A program made the position numbers and the translations under genes. The notes below the pieces were generated by a model. It saw nothing but the letters and a program-made list of their open reading frames with translations. It was not told the DNA's origin and ran no database searches. Of a stretch of DNA of 64,000 nt, positions 34,970 through 44,443 are shown in pieces (the first letter of the stretch is position 1; every line of letters begins with the position of its first letter). The stretch comes from an uncultured Dehalococcoidia bacterium (lineage in GTDB: Bacteria; Chloroflexota; Dehalococcoidia; Lucifugimonadales; G958296245), in assembly GCA_958296245.1 (NCBI GenBank), contig OY282458.1, positions 234,886 to 298,885 of the forward strand. The letters run 5' to 3'.

Positions 34970-36055
34970 CTAGTCGTGAAGGTAGTCCCAAAGGTCATCG
35001 AAGGCGGTGCCGCTGAGAGGGTCGTCGGCCAGCGCGGACGCGGCTGCTCCGCCGCCGCCCTCCGTGGAGAGAATGGCCGCGGCTGCCGACAGGCCCCGCC
35101 GGAGTTGGGACGCGGTGACGCCGATTTCGGACGGGCGGCGGCGCACCATGCACGTGTCGAGCCATGAGGGGAGCACCGACGACCTGCCCTCGCAGAACCA
35201 AGCCACGCACTGGGCGCCGAGGGCCACCAGCTCGCCGTGTACCCAGTTGGAGCCGTTGGCCTCCTCGGTGGCGATGGCGAAGGGGTGGTCGGCCATGGGA
35301 GCTGCCGGGTGCCGGAGGAGCAGCGCGTCGCGCTCTTGGATCGCGTTGACGATCAGATCTATGCCGGCGGGGGTGAGAGACCCGTCGGCCGTCAGGGTAG
35401 CGGGGAACTTCGTCAGGATCCTCCCGAAGCTCGCCAGCATAGGCGCTGCAGCGGTCTCGTCGAAGACGGGGCCGACGCCGGCAGCGGCGTTGCGGCGCCA
35501 CTCAGCGATGCCGGAATATCCGCAAAGCACGTCTCCAAGGCCGGCCGTGTTCAAGTGCTGGGGCGCTTGGAGCACGATTTCGTAGTCCACGATGATATCT
35601 TCGAAATCGATCCAAGGCCAATTGCTCACGGATCCGACGATCTTCCGCCCGTCCCAACGGGCGAAGAATCCGTGGATGATGGCCCCGGTGGAGACGATGG
35701 TGGGAGCCGCTATCAGGGGCTTCCCCTTCTTCAGGGCGACGTACTTCGCCGCGTCGAGGGCGACACCCCCGCCAAGGCCTACCACCAGGTCGCTGTCGGG
35801 CAGCCCCTCGGCGAGATCGTCCAGGTGGCCCCAGTCGAGCCAGCGGGCGTAGGCAGCGCCGTCGGGACTCCGCGCCAAGTGCCCCTTGGCGGCTCGGTAG
35901 GCGCTCGGGGTCGTAACCACAACGTAGCTGCGCCAACCCGCGCTGGCAGCCCGCAGCAGGCCGCTCCCTAACCGGATTTCGTAGCCTGAGGCGGGCGTGG
36001 CCGAGGCCGCCCCGCTCCATCCTCCTCTGGGGATGCCCCGGATCGACGCGCTCAT
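34970..36055 (-). CDS. glycerol-1-phosphate dehydrogenase-like / DHQ-synthase-Fe-ADH superfamily oxidoreductase
   Basis: GLGGG..LDAAK, PT..S, G.GD, DH, HGE.V; start uncertain. Confidence 0.75.
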   Translation of the reverse strand: MSASIRGIPRGGWSGAASATPASGYEIRLGSGLLRAASAGWRSYVVVTTPSAYRAAKGHLARSPDGAAYARWLDWGHLDDLAEGLPDSDLVVGLGGGVALDAAKYVALKKGKPLIAAPTIVSTGAIIHGFFARWDGRKIVGSVSNWPWIDFEDIIVDYEIVLQAPQHLNTAGLGDVLCGYSGIAEWRRNAAAGVGPVFDETAAAPMLASFGRILTKFPATLTADGSLTPAGIDLIVNAIQERDALLLRHPAAPMADHPFAIATEEANGSNWVHGELVALGAQCVAWFCEGRSSVLPSWLDTCMVRRRPSEIGVTASQLRRGLSAAAAILSTEGGGGAAASALADDPLSGTAFDDLWDYLHD

Positions 36056-36104
36056 CCCTCCGGACCTACCCTCCGGCGCCGTGGGAATGGGCTTGAACTG
36101 AGCA

Positions 36105-37100
36105 TCACCTCTGAAGGTCTGGCCCGCCAAGCTCGGGCAGCACCACCGACAATGGCTCCTCGCCTTTGTCGACCCGTGCGGCGTTCTGGACTGCGAAGGC
36201 GAGGCTCCGGTCGTTCGCCTCTTTAGCGAACGACGCAAGGTGCGGAGTGACGGCCACGTTCTCCATGTGCAGCAGTGGGTTGCCGGGGTCTGTCGGCTCC
36301 TGTTCGAGAACGTCGAGCCCCGCGCCCGCAATCTTGCCCTCTGTCAGGGCCTCGATCAGCGCCGCCTCGTCTATCACGGGGCCGCGGCCGACGTTGATGA
36401 GGAAGGCGGTCGGCTGCATCAAGCCCAACTCGCGGGCGCCGATCAGGCGCCTAGTGCGCTCCGTGAGGGGTACGTGGATGGTGACGACGTCGGAGGTCAT
36501 GAGGAGCTCGTCTAGGGCCAGCCGGGCAACCCCTAGGGTGCGCTCCAACTCGCCGGGTCGTGGGGCCGCGTCGTAGTAGTAGAGGGTGCAGTCGAACCCG
36601 CGCAGGCGCTTGGCCACCTCCTGTCCGATCCGGCCCAGCCCGACGATCCCCACTGCCTTGCCGGTCAGCTCGCGCGCTGACGAAGACCACTTCTGGAGGT
36701 CGCTACTCCACCGCCCCGCGTTGACTGAGGCGAACTGGATATCCAGCTTCCGGCATACCGTGAGCATGAGCGCCACGGTATGCTCGGACACTGCAACGGC
36801 GTTGCCGCCGCCCCCGTTGGCGACCCGCACGCCCATCTCCGCAAGCGCTCCTACGTCGATGCGGTCGGTCCCGGCGCTGCCGACCTGCACCAACTTGAGT
36901 GATGGGACGAGCCTAGCCAGTCCGACCAAGTCTTCCGCACCCGAGCTGATAACGGCCGCGGCGCCCTTCATCCGCTTGGCCTGCTCGCCAAGCGATTGGG
37001 TCGAATCTACCCAGACCATATCGACGTCGGCGGGCGCGTTGGCGCGGAATTGGGGCATGCGCTGTTCATCGGCGGTCAGTACGAACACGGTGGTGGTCAA
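36105..37100 (-). CDS. D-isomer-specific 2-hydroxyacid dehydrogenase
   Basis: AVSEH, GLGRIG, HVPLT, NVGRG, LDV..EP, TPH. Confidence 0.93.
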   Translation of the reverse strand: MTTTVFVLTADEQRMPQFRANAPADVDMVWVDSTQSLGEQAKRMKGAAAVISSGAEDLVGLARLVPSLKLVQVGSAGTDRIDVGALAEMGVRVANGGGGNAVAVSEHTVALMLTVCRKLDIQFASVNAGRWSSDLQKWSSSARELTGKAVGIVGLGRIGQEVAKRLRGFDCTLYYYDAAPRPGELERTLGVARLALDELLMTSDVVTIHVPLTERTRRLIGARELGLMQPTAFLINVGRGPVIDEAALIEALTEGKIAGAGLDVLEQEPTDPGNPLLHMENVAVTPHLASFAKEANDRSLAFAVQNAARVDKGEEPLSVVLPELGGPDLQR

Positions 37101-37127
37101 TTTCGAGACCTCCGGGATAGAGGGTGA

Positions 37128-37940
37128 TCAGTGCTCCATGATCAGACCGCCGTCGATGTTTATCGACTGGCCGCTGATCCACGATGACCCCTCGGTGCAC
37201 AAATAGGCGATGAGGTCCGCCACCTCCTCGGGACCGCCATTGCGGCCCAAGGCGGTCCTCTCAGCGAGGCGCTGCCATTCGTCGGAACGGCCGAACCCGT
37301 CCATGCGGGCGGTATCCACGGCGCCGGGACAGACACAGTTGACGTTGACGGCGTGCGGTCCGAGCTCGCGCGCCATCGTCTGGGTCATGCCGACCATGGC
37401 GAAGTTGGCGGCGCAGTACGCCATCGCGTTGGCGCCGCCGCGCTTACCCGCCACCGACGCGATGTTGACGATCTTGCCGCCCTGCCCCTGCTCGATGAGT
37501 ACCTTAGCGACGGCCCGGCTGCAAAGGAACGATCCCATCACCTTTACGGCAAGCACCCTCTCGAAGATCCCCGGGTCCACTTCCACCATGGGGACCCGGT
37601 CAGCGCCTATGGCCATGGCCGCGTTGTTTACGAGGATGTCGACGCGCCCGAGCTCGGTGAGCGTCCGGGACACTACGTCCGCGACCTGGCCGTCATTGGT
37701 AACGTCCAGGGTTGCGGTGATGGCGCGGCGGCCCAGCTCCCGCACCTGGTCTGCCGTGCTTTCGACGTCCCTCCAGCCGACCTCCTTCTCGTCGTCCGGG
37801 AACGTGGCGGGGTCTCTGCCCGTCCCGGTGACTACTAAGTCGGCCCCTAGTCGGGCCAGCGCCAGCGCCGCCGAGTTGCCTATACTGCGGCGCCTTCCCG
37901 CTGCGGTTACGATGGCCACCTTGCCGTCAAGCTCGCCCAT
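37128..37940 (-). CDS. short-chain dehydrogenase/reductase (atypical motifs)
   Basis: NNAA, IVNIAS, YCAAN (YxxxK Lys absent), CPG, SGQSINIDGG. Confidence 0.88.
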   Translation of the reverse strand: MGELDGKVAIVTAAGRRRSIGNSAALALARLGADLVVTGTGRDPATFPDDEKEVGWRDVESTADQVRELGRRAITATLDVTNDGQVADVVSRTLTELGRVDILVNNAAMAIGADRVPMVEVDPGIFERVLAVKVMGSFLCSRAVAKVLIEQGQGGKIVNIASVAGKRGGANAMAYCAANFAMVGMTQTMARELGPHAVNVNCVCPGAVDTARMDGFGRSDEWQRLAERTALGRNGGPEEVADLIAYLCTEGSSWISGQSINIDGGLIMEH

Positions 37941-37996
37941 TGCGTCCTCCCGTGCATTCCATCAGGCTGCGGAAGCAACCCCTCTTGACGATTCTC

Positions 37997-38186
37997 CGGG
38001 ACCCCTTCCTGTCAAGGAAGGGAGGGATTGTAACTGTTCAGACTTCGTGAGGTCCTTTTCGACTGGCGCAGCCCCGATAAAGCGGACGTTTTGATCCCCA
38101 CCCGCCCCTTGGTAACTGGGGGCACAGCCCCCCCCTGCCGGAGGTCAAGCTGCCGGCAAAGGGACTTCGCCCCTCTGCACATCCCG
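37997..38186 (+). repeat. family B repeat interrupted by a family A MITE (38030 to ~38145)
   Basis: CCCCTTCCTGTCAAGGAAGGG, then GTAACTGTTCAGAC...GGGGGCACAGCCCC, then CCGGCAAAGGGACTTCGCCCCTCTGCAC. Confidence 0.7.
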
Positions 38187-38460
38187 GGGCCCCGCAGCTT
38201 GCTTAGGTCCCTGCTCGGCCAAGAATATCACAAGCCGCGCATGTTGCGGCACTAGACTGCCAGCGTCCGCGCGAACCCGCTCGGGCAGCCCGACCCTTGC
38301 AGAAGAACACCTAACCCTCGGCCAGAGGGATATTGCTCACCGGCCTTATATGGCTGCCGTGCTTTCTATTTAGAAAGTCCTTGGGCGAAAGCCTTCAATC
38401 CGCCGGAACAGACGCCCGATTTTCGTTTGTGCGCCTCTTGTACATCAGCGTGAACAGGCA

Positions 38461-39324
38461 CTAGCCCGGACGGGCGGGCGCCTTCTCGGGCGATGGTTGG
38501 GCCGCCGCCCGCTCCTCGGCGGCCGCCTCGGTCTCCCGCGCCCCGGAGGCTGACTTAGCCGCCTCGATGCTGGCGCGCAAGGCCTCCATGAGATCGGAGA
38601 CCTTGCCCTTGACGGGAGCAGGCGCCGCGAAATCAGGCTCGCGGGACTCCATCTTGGCCTCTATGACCTTCTCCAGAGCGGCGCGGTACTCGTCCCGGTG
38701 CTGCTCCGGCTCGAATCTCCCGGCAAGCTGGTCTATGAGCATGTTCGCCATGGCCAACTCTTGGTCGCTTATGGTTACCTCCGCCTCGGGTAGATTCAGC
38801 TCGTCTGTGGACCTGATCTCGTCCGGCCAGAACATCGTCGACATGACGATCCCGTTGTTCACGGGCCGGAGGCTGCATAAAAGCTCTTTCTGCCTCAGGG
38901 AAACCTTGGCGATTGCCACTCGCCGGCTGGCTTCCAGCGCCTTCTTGAGCAGGTAGTAGGGCTTCTCCCCGACCTTATCGGGCTCCAGTACGTAGCTCTT
39001 CTCGTAGTAAACGGGGTCGATGTCGGCGAGGTCGATGAAGCGGGTGACTTCGATCGTGTGCCGGGACGCGACGGGCAGGTCCCCGAAGTCGGACGCCGCC
39101 ATGACGAGGTATTGGCCCTTGGCAGCCTCGAATCCCTTGACCACGTCGGCCAGCTCGACGAACTCCTCGTGTTCGGGGCACCAGCGGCGGTGCCTCAGCC
39201 GCGTGTGGCAGGAGTTGTGCAGCGTGACGAACGCAATGTCCTTGCTGTTCGTGGCCGGGTATAGCTTGATGGGAATCGCCACCATGCCGAAGCTGATGGA
39301 ACCCTTCCAGATGGACCTTGGCAT
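38461..39324 (-). CDS. ku: non-homologous end joining protein Ku
   Basis: MPRSIWKGSISFGMV.IP.KLY.AT, VKGFE, DEIR, DLMEALRAS. Confidence 0.97.
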   Translation of the reverse strand: MPRSIWKGSISFGMVAIPIKLYPATNSKDIAFVTLHNSCHTRLRHRRWCPEHEEFVELADVVKGFEAAKGQYLVMAASDFGDLPVASRHTIEVTRFIDLADIDPVYYEKSYVLEPDKVGEKPYYLLKKALEASRRVAIAKVSLRQKELLCSLRPVNNGIVMSTMFWPDEIRSTDELNLPEAEVTISDQELAMANMLIDQLAGRFEPEQHRDEYRAALEKVIEAKMESREPDFAAPAPVKGKVSDLMEALRASIEAAKSASGARETEAAAEERAAAQPSPEKAPARPG

Positions 39325-39421
39325 CGTACACCTCCGGGTGCGCTCAGCAGCGTTGCCCCTCCGGCGCGCCCATCTCGGCGGCGCGCCTTCCCTGCACCGA
39401 GTCCCCGCACAACTCTACATT

Positions 39422-40387
39422 CTATCGGAGCGAGCCAGGCCAGGAGGGGGCGTCCTCAACCCTGCAGTCGTCCGCCGGCTTGTCCTCCCGCAGCCCCAAG
39501 TACACGGGGTAGCGGAGATGGCCGTTTGGGGTAAACTCGCCGTACGAGACGCGGCACACCAGATCGGGGCGGCACCAGTACGCGAGCCTGTCCTGGGGGG
39601 GTGGTGTCTCGAAGGGGCACCCCTTGCTGACGAGCCCCTGCAGCAGGGAGTGGACGGCGCGGGCCTCGTCGTCAGGGAAGCCCTCGCTGACACGCCCGGC
39701 GTACCGCAGCTGCCGGCCCGGATCGTAGAGGCCCAGTATCAGGGAGACGAACGGCCGGGCGCCGCCGTCGAAGTCGTACCCGGCGATCACGAACTCGCAT
39801 TCCCTGAGCCGCTTGATCTTCTGCCAACTGGAGCTGCGCGCGCCGGGAAGGTACGGACTGGCCTTTTCCTTGGCCATGACGCCCTCGAGGCCGTGCTCAC
39901 AGGTGGCGTCGAAGAACGCCTTGCCGTCGCCCTCGATGAACTCGGATGCTTGGGCGACGTCGTTACCCTCTAGGACGCTGGCGAGCAGGCGCTTGCGCTC
40001 GATCAGGCGATGCCCGATCAGCGGCCTGCCGCCCACGAACAGCGCGTCGAAGGCGATGTAATGCACCCGCGGGTGCGCGGCGTTCCCCCGGAGACGCTCC
40101 CTTAACAAGGAGTAGCTCGGTCTGCCGTCTGCGTCTAGGCAGACCAGTTCGCCGTCGAGCACGGTCCGATCGGCGGCGACGGCCTGAGGCAACCCGCGTA
40201 GATCCGGAAACCGCTTGGTGAGGTCCTTCAGGTTCCGCGCCTGCAGGCGCAGCCTGCCGCCCTCGAGGAAGGCCAGCGCGCGCATGCCGTCCCACTTGAG
40301 CTCGAAGATATGGGCGGGGGAATCGAAGGGCCGCCGCGTGAGGCGGGCCAGCATGGGCCGGATGGTAGCAGGCAACCCCTTCGCCAT
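39422..40387 (-). CDS. ligD: ATP-dependent DNA ligase (LigD ligase domain only)
   Basis: ELKWDG, LDGE, AFD, EGVMAK, WQKIK, LRYPVYLGLREDK; adjacent to ku. Confidence 0.9.
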   Translation of the reverse strand: MAKGLPATIRPMLARLTRRPFDSPAHIFELKWDGMRALAFLEGGRLRLQARNLKDLTKRFPDLRGLPQAVAADRTVLDGELVCLDADGRPSYSLLRERLRGNAAHPRVHYIAFDALFVGGRPLIGHRLIERKRLLASVLEGNDVAQASEFIEGDGKAFFDATCEHGLEGVMAKEKASPYLPGARSSSWQKIKRLRECEFVIAGYDFDGGARPFVSLILGLYDPGRQLRYAGRVSEGFPDDEARAVHSLLQGLVSKGCPFETPPPQDRLAYWCRPDLVCRVSYGEFTPNGHLRYPVYLGLREDKPADDCRVEDAPSWPGSLR

Positions 40388-40528
40388 CGTGGTGGGACTA
40401 TTCAAGCAGCAGACCCCACTTCCCGCTGAGTTTTAGTGCAATGTTACGGCGGAAACGTTACGGTTCGCAAGTGTTAGGAAGCAGACAGGACCACGAGGGT
40501 AGTTTGCTCTACATATACATATGGGGGG

Positions 40529-40594
40529 AAGCTGTTCAGCCCCTGTTAGACCCAAGGGGAAGTCCAAGAGGTTCTTCACTCGTCTGAACAGTTC
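40529..40594 (-). mobile_element. minimal family A element
   Basis: GCTGTTCAGCCCCTGTTAGACCC...TCTGAACAGTT, both terminal repeats present. Confidence 0.55.
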
Positions 40595-40610
40595 CCTAGG
40601 TGGGGTTCGC

Positions 40611-40665
40611 TTGACGGGCGCAAGATGTAGTGGTAACTTCTGCATTCCGGCACGATAAATTGTGG
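40611..40665 (+). promoter_or_regulatory. nrdR-nrdJ promoter with tandem NrdR boxes
   Basis: TTGACG-17bp-TAACTT. GCGCAAGATGTAGTGG (40618-40633) and GCACGATAAATTGTGG (40650-40665) are 32 bp apart and fit acaCwAtATaTwGtg. Confidence 0.75.
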
Positions 40666-40805
40666 TTGGTCGCGTCTCCAGGTGCCCTGAAGGCTTCTGG
40701 AAGTACGGGGTGTGCAGATGCGTCTCTGGCAGATATAAGTTACTTCCCCTTCCTGACTGGGAGGGCCGGCGGTGACGGTCCAAGAGGTTTCCCCGCAGCC
40801 TGCCG

Positions 40806-41369
40806 ATGCTGTGTCCGTTCTGTAGACACGACGATTCGAAGGTTATCGATTCGAGGGACTCGGCGGGCAGCATCCGCCGGAGGCGGGAGTGCGCCAATTG
40901 CGGCCGGCGCTTCACAACCTACGAGCGGGCCGAGGCCAGGTCTCTGCGGGTTATCAAGCAGGACGGCCGGCGAGAGGAGTTCAGCCGGGGAAAGCTTCTG
41001 GCCAGCCTGGCCAAGGCCTGTGCGAAGCGTCCGCTTCCAACAGGGACACTCGAAAAGATAGCAGAGGATATAGAGACACATCTCATGGACACCGGCAGGT
41101 CGGAAGTCTCGACGAGGGTGGTCGGCGAGTCGGCGGTGGAGCGCCTCAGGGATCTTGACCCTGTAGCCTACATCCGGTTTGTCAGCGTGTACCGAGATTT
41201 TCAGGACATAGAAGTGTTCAAAGAGACCATCGAGGCCCTGCTCAGTTCGGAAGAACCCAGAGAGGCCAGCAGTCAACTCGCCCTACTGCCGGAGGACACG
41301 ACCATCCCCCGCCGGCCGGCCAGACGCCGCAGGCGCAGGCCCTCGCCCTACCAGGCCAACAGACCATAA
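40806..41369 (+). CDS. nrdR: transcriptional repressor NrdR
   Basis: CPFC, VIDSR, IRRRRECANCGRRFTTYE, ATP cone, VAYIRF.SVY. Confidence 0.98.
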   Translation: MLCPFCRHDDSKVIDSRDSAGSIRRRRECANCGRRFTTYERAEARSLRVIKQDGRREEFSRGKLLASLAKACAKRPLPTGTLEKIAEDIETHLMDTGRSEVSTRVVGESAVERLRDLDPVAYIRFVSVYRDFQDIEVFKETIEALLSSEEPREASSQLALLPEDTTIPRRPARRRRRRPSPYQANRP

Positions 41370-41457
41370 GTTCTTGGATATATGTTATGTTACCTAGTGT
41401 CGAGACACTAGGCAGCCACGGGCGAGCGGGATCCCATAATCCCACAGGAGTAGGCGG

Positions 41458-43863
41458 ATGTTGAAGCAGAGCACCAACGGGGCCGGCGCCCGGACCGCCG
41501 GCAGCAGGGTAGATATCTCCGGTAACGCCAAGGTCGTCTTGGAGAAGCGCTATCTGCGCAAGGACCGTGACGGAAGGATAGTCGAGGCGCCGGAGCAGAT
41601 GTTCCGGCGGGTCGCCGCCGCAGTGGCCCACCCCGAGCGCGTCTACGGCTCCTCCCCCGGCTCTGCCCAGGACTGGGAGGACCGTTTCTACGACGTCATG
41701 GCCCGGCTGGAGTTCCTCCCCAATTCCCCCACACTGATGAATGCCGGCATCAACCAGGACGACGGCACGGGGAGCGGCACGCTGTCGGCCTGCTTCGTCA
41801 TGGGTCTCGATGACTCCATGGACGGGATCATGACGACGGCCAAGGAGATGGCCATGGTGCAGAAGTTCGGGGGCGGCACCGGCTTCGCTCTTTCGCCCAT
41901 ACGCCCGCAGGGGTCCCACATCCAGACGACCCACGGCAAGGCCTGCGGCCCCATATCCGTGCTAAAGCACCTCTCCTCTGTCTCCAAGTTGGTGACTCAG
42001 GGCGGCAAGCGCGACGGCGCCAACATGGCCGTCATGGACATCCACCACCCCGACATCCTGGAGTTCATCGACTGCAAGAAGGTCGAGGGGGAGATTCACA
42101 ACTTCAACATATCGGTCGGCGCCACCCACGAGTTCATGGAGGCCGTCAGGGCCGGAACGAGCTATCCCCTCAGATTCCGAGAAGACCCTGCCGACCCCCT
42201 CTCGCCGGTGGTGGAGGCGGGCTGCCTAGACGCCAAGGAGGTCTTCGACAAGATAGTCCATGGCGCGTGGCGCAACGGCGAGCCCGGGATGATCTTCCTC
42301 GATTGGGTGAACCACAAGAACCCCACCCCCCATATCGGCCCCATGACCGCCACGAACCCGTGCGGCGAGCAGCCGCTGCTCCCCTACGAGTCGTGCAACC
42401 TGGGGTCCATCAATCTGGAGAGGCTCGTCGTGGAGACGGGCGGCCAAGTCGACGTCGACTGGGAGCGCCTGGGGCAGGTCGTCCGCGTCACGACGCGGTT
42501 CCTCGACAACGTCATCGACGCCAACTCCTACTCGGTGGACAAGATAGAGCAGATGACCCGCAGTACCCGGAAGATCGGTCTGGGGGTCATGGGCTTCGCG
42601 GACCTGCTGGTCAAGTTGCGCATCCCGTACGACTCCGAGGAGGGGCTGGACCTGGGGCGCAGGATCATGCAGTTCATCCGCAGCGAGGCCGATGGGGCGT
42701 CGGTCGAGCTGGCGGAAGAGCGCGGCGTCTTCCCCGCCTTCTCCGGCAGCATCTACGACGCGCCGGGCCAGCCCAGGATGCGCAACGCCTGCCGCCTAAC
42801 CGTGGCGCCTACCGGCACCATCTCCATGATCGCCGACTGCTCCAGCGGCATCGAGCCGCTCTTCGCCCTTTGCTACCACAAGCACAGCATCTTGGAGGGC
42901 GAGAGCCTGCTGTACGTCAACAAGGAGTTTGAAGATGCGGCGCGGGAGGGTGGATTCTACAGCGAGGACCTGATGCGGTTTCTGGCCGATGGCGGCTCCC
43001 TGCAGGAGCGCGGCGACGTGCCCGAGTGGGCCAGACGGGTATTCGTCACGTCGGCCGACATCTCCCCGGAAATGCACGTCCGTATGCAGGGTGTCTTCCA
43101 GGAGAGCGTCGACGCCGCCATATCCAAGACCATCAACTTCCCCAACAGCGCCACCGAGGAGGACGTCAGGAGCGCCTACGTGCTCGCCTGGGAGCTGGCT
43201 TGCAAAGGCATCACCGTATACCGCGCCGGCAGCCGGGAGGCCGAAGTGCTGACCGCCGGCGCAGACGACGAGGCGGGGGAGTCCGTCGAGGAACCCGCGA
43301 GCCCCCAGCGGCCGGTGCTGGTCGAGCGCCAGCGGCCATCGGTTATTCGCGGCGTCACCGAGCGTGTCAGAACCGCACACGGCAACTTGTTCGTCACCGT
43401 CAACGTGGACGAGGAGGGCCAGCCCTTCGAGGTCTTCGCGACTCTGGGCAAGGCAGGCAGCACCGAATCGGCCCACCTAGAGGCGGTCTCACGACTGGTG
43501 ACTATGGCGCTGCGGGCCGGCGTCGACCCGGACGAGGTCACCTCCCACCTCAGGGGCATCACCGATGAGCCCGTCTGGGACGACGGGACGCTGATCAGGT
43601 CGGCCCCGGACGCCGTTGCGTTGGTGCTGGGCCGCCACCTCGCCGACGCCGGTGACGATGCTCAGCCCCTCAAGGGGGTTGCTGCCCCGGGCCGGTCCGT
43701 CCAGCCGGCGATGTTCTCGGCGAGCACGTTCGGCGCGAAGGGCGCCAACGGCCGCGCCGCCATATCGACCGGCCCCCGGTGCCCAGACTGCGGCGCCGCC
43801 TCGCTGGTGTACCAGGAAGGCTGCAAGCGCTGCCCCGAGTGCGGCTTCAATAAGTGTGAGTAG
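41458..43863 (+). CDS. nrdJ: adenosylcobalamin-dependent (class II) ribonucleotide reductase
   Basis: PNSPTLMNAG, LSACF, TNPCGEQPL..YESCNLGS, APTGT, ISKTIN, C-terminal TSCPD-like and zinc-ribbon domains. Confidence 0.95.
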   Translation: MLKQSTNGAGARTAGSRVDISGNAKVVLEKRYLRKDRDGRIVEAPEQMFRRVAAAVAHPERVYGSSPGSAQDWEDRFYDVMARLEFLPNSPTLMNAGINQDDGTGSGTLSACFVMGLDDSMDGIMTTAKEMAMVQKFGGGTGFALSPIRPQGSHIQTTHGKACGPISVLKHLSSVSKLVTQGGKRDGANMAVMDIHHPDILEFIDCKKVEGEIHNFNISVGATHEFMEAVRAGTSYPLRFREDPADPLSPVVEAGCLDAKEVFDKIVHGAWRNGEPGMIFLDWVNHKNPTPHIGPMTATNPCGEQPLLPYESCNLGSINLERLVVETGGQVDVDWERLGQVVRVTTRFLDNVIDANSYSVDKIEQMTRSTRKIGLGVMGFADLLVKLRIPYDSEEGLDLGRRIMQFIRSEADGASVELAEERGVFPAFSGSIYDAPGQPRMRNACRLTVAPTGTISMIADCSSGIEPLFALCYHKHSILEGESLLYVNKEFEDAAREGGFYSEDLMRFLADGGSLQERGDVPEWARRVFVTSADISPEMHVRMQGVFQESVDAAISKTINFPNSATEEDVRSAYVLAWELACKGITVYRAGSREAEVLTAGADDEAGESVEEPASPQRPVLVERQRPSVIRGVTERVRTAHGNLFVTVNVDEEGQPFEVFATLGKAGSTESAHLEAVSRLVTMALRAGVDPDEVTSHLRGITDEPVWDDGTLIRSAPDAVALVLGRHLADAGDDAQPLKGVAAPGRSVQPAMFSASTFGAKGANGRAAISTGPRCPDCGAASLVYQEGCKRCPECGFNKCE

Positions 43864-44437
43864 CAGACGTCTTTGATTCCCGCCCGGCCCTGGTAACTTG
43901 GGGGCACAGCCCCCCTGCGAGAGGGGATCCCCTCACAGAGTCTGAACAGTTACGCGAGTAGGGGTTAAGCTCATACCCCGAGACGGCGGGCCGCGGCGAC
44001 ACCAACGCCTTGCTGGATATTCTTGTCCAGAGCGGCTGGCGCGGCAGGTAGCGGCGTCTTCGATTCCCACCCGCCCGCCCCTTGGTAACTGGGGGCACAG
44101 CCCCCCTGCGAGAGGGGATCCCCTCACAGAGACTGAACAGTTACGCGAGTAGGGGTAAGCTCATACCCCGAGACGGCGGGCGGGCGCGGCGACACCAACG
44201 CCTTGCTGGATATTCTTGTCCAGAGCGGCTGGCGCGGCAGGTAGCGGCGGCTTTGATTCCCGCCCGCCCCTTGGTACTTGGGGGCACAGCCCCCAGCCCC
44301 CCTGCGAGAGGGGATCCCCTCACAGAGTCTGAATAGTTACGCGAGTAGGGGTAAGCTCATACCCCGAGACGGCGGGCGCGGCGACACCAACGCCTTGCTG
44401 GACATCCTTGTCCGGAGCGCTGGCGCGGCAGGTAGCG
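43864..44437 (+). repeat. three tandem ~191-196 bp units (family A right half plus ~105 bp flank)
   Basis: CTCACAGAG.CTGAA.AGTTACGCGAGTAGGGG at 43932, 44123 and 44319. Confidence 0.9.
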
Positions 44438-44443
44438 GGAAGG

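Noticed and set aside
38190-38460. Possible ncRNA downstream of ku
   Set aside because: Only short palindromes, with no recognisable family motif.
40670-40800. Cobalamin riboswitch upstream of nrdR-nrdJ
   Set aside because: Only an AGGTGCCC-like start is present; no GGGAA, GCCCCCGCAACTGT or B12-box motif was recognisable. An Infernal/Rfam scan would settle it.
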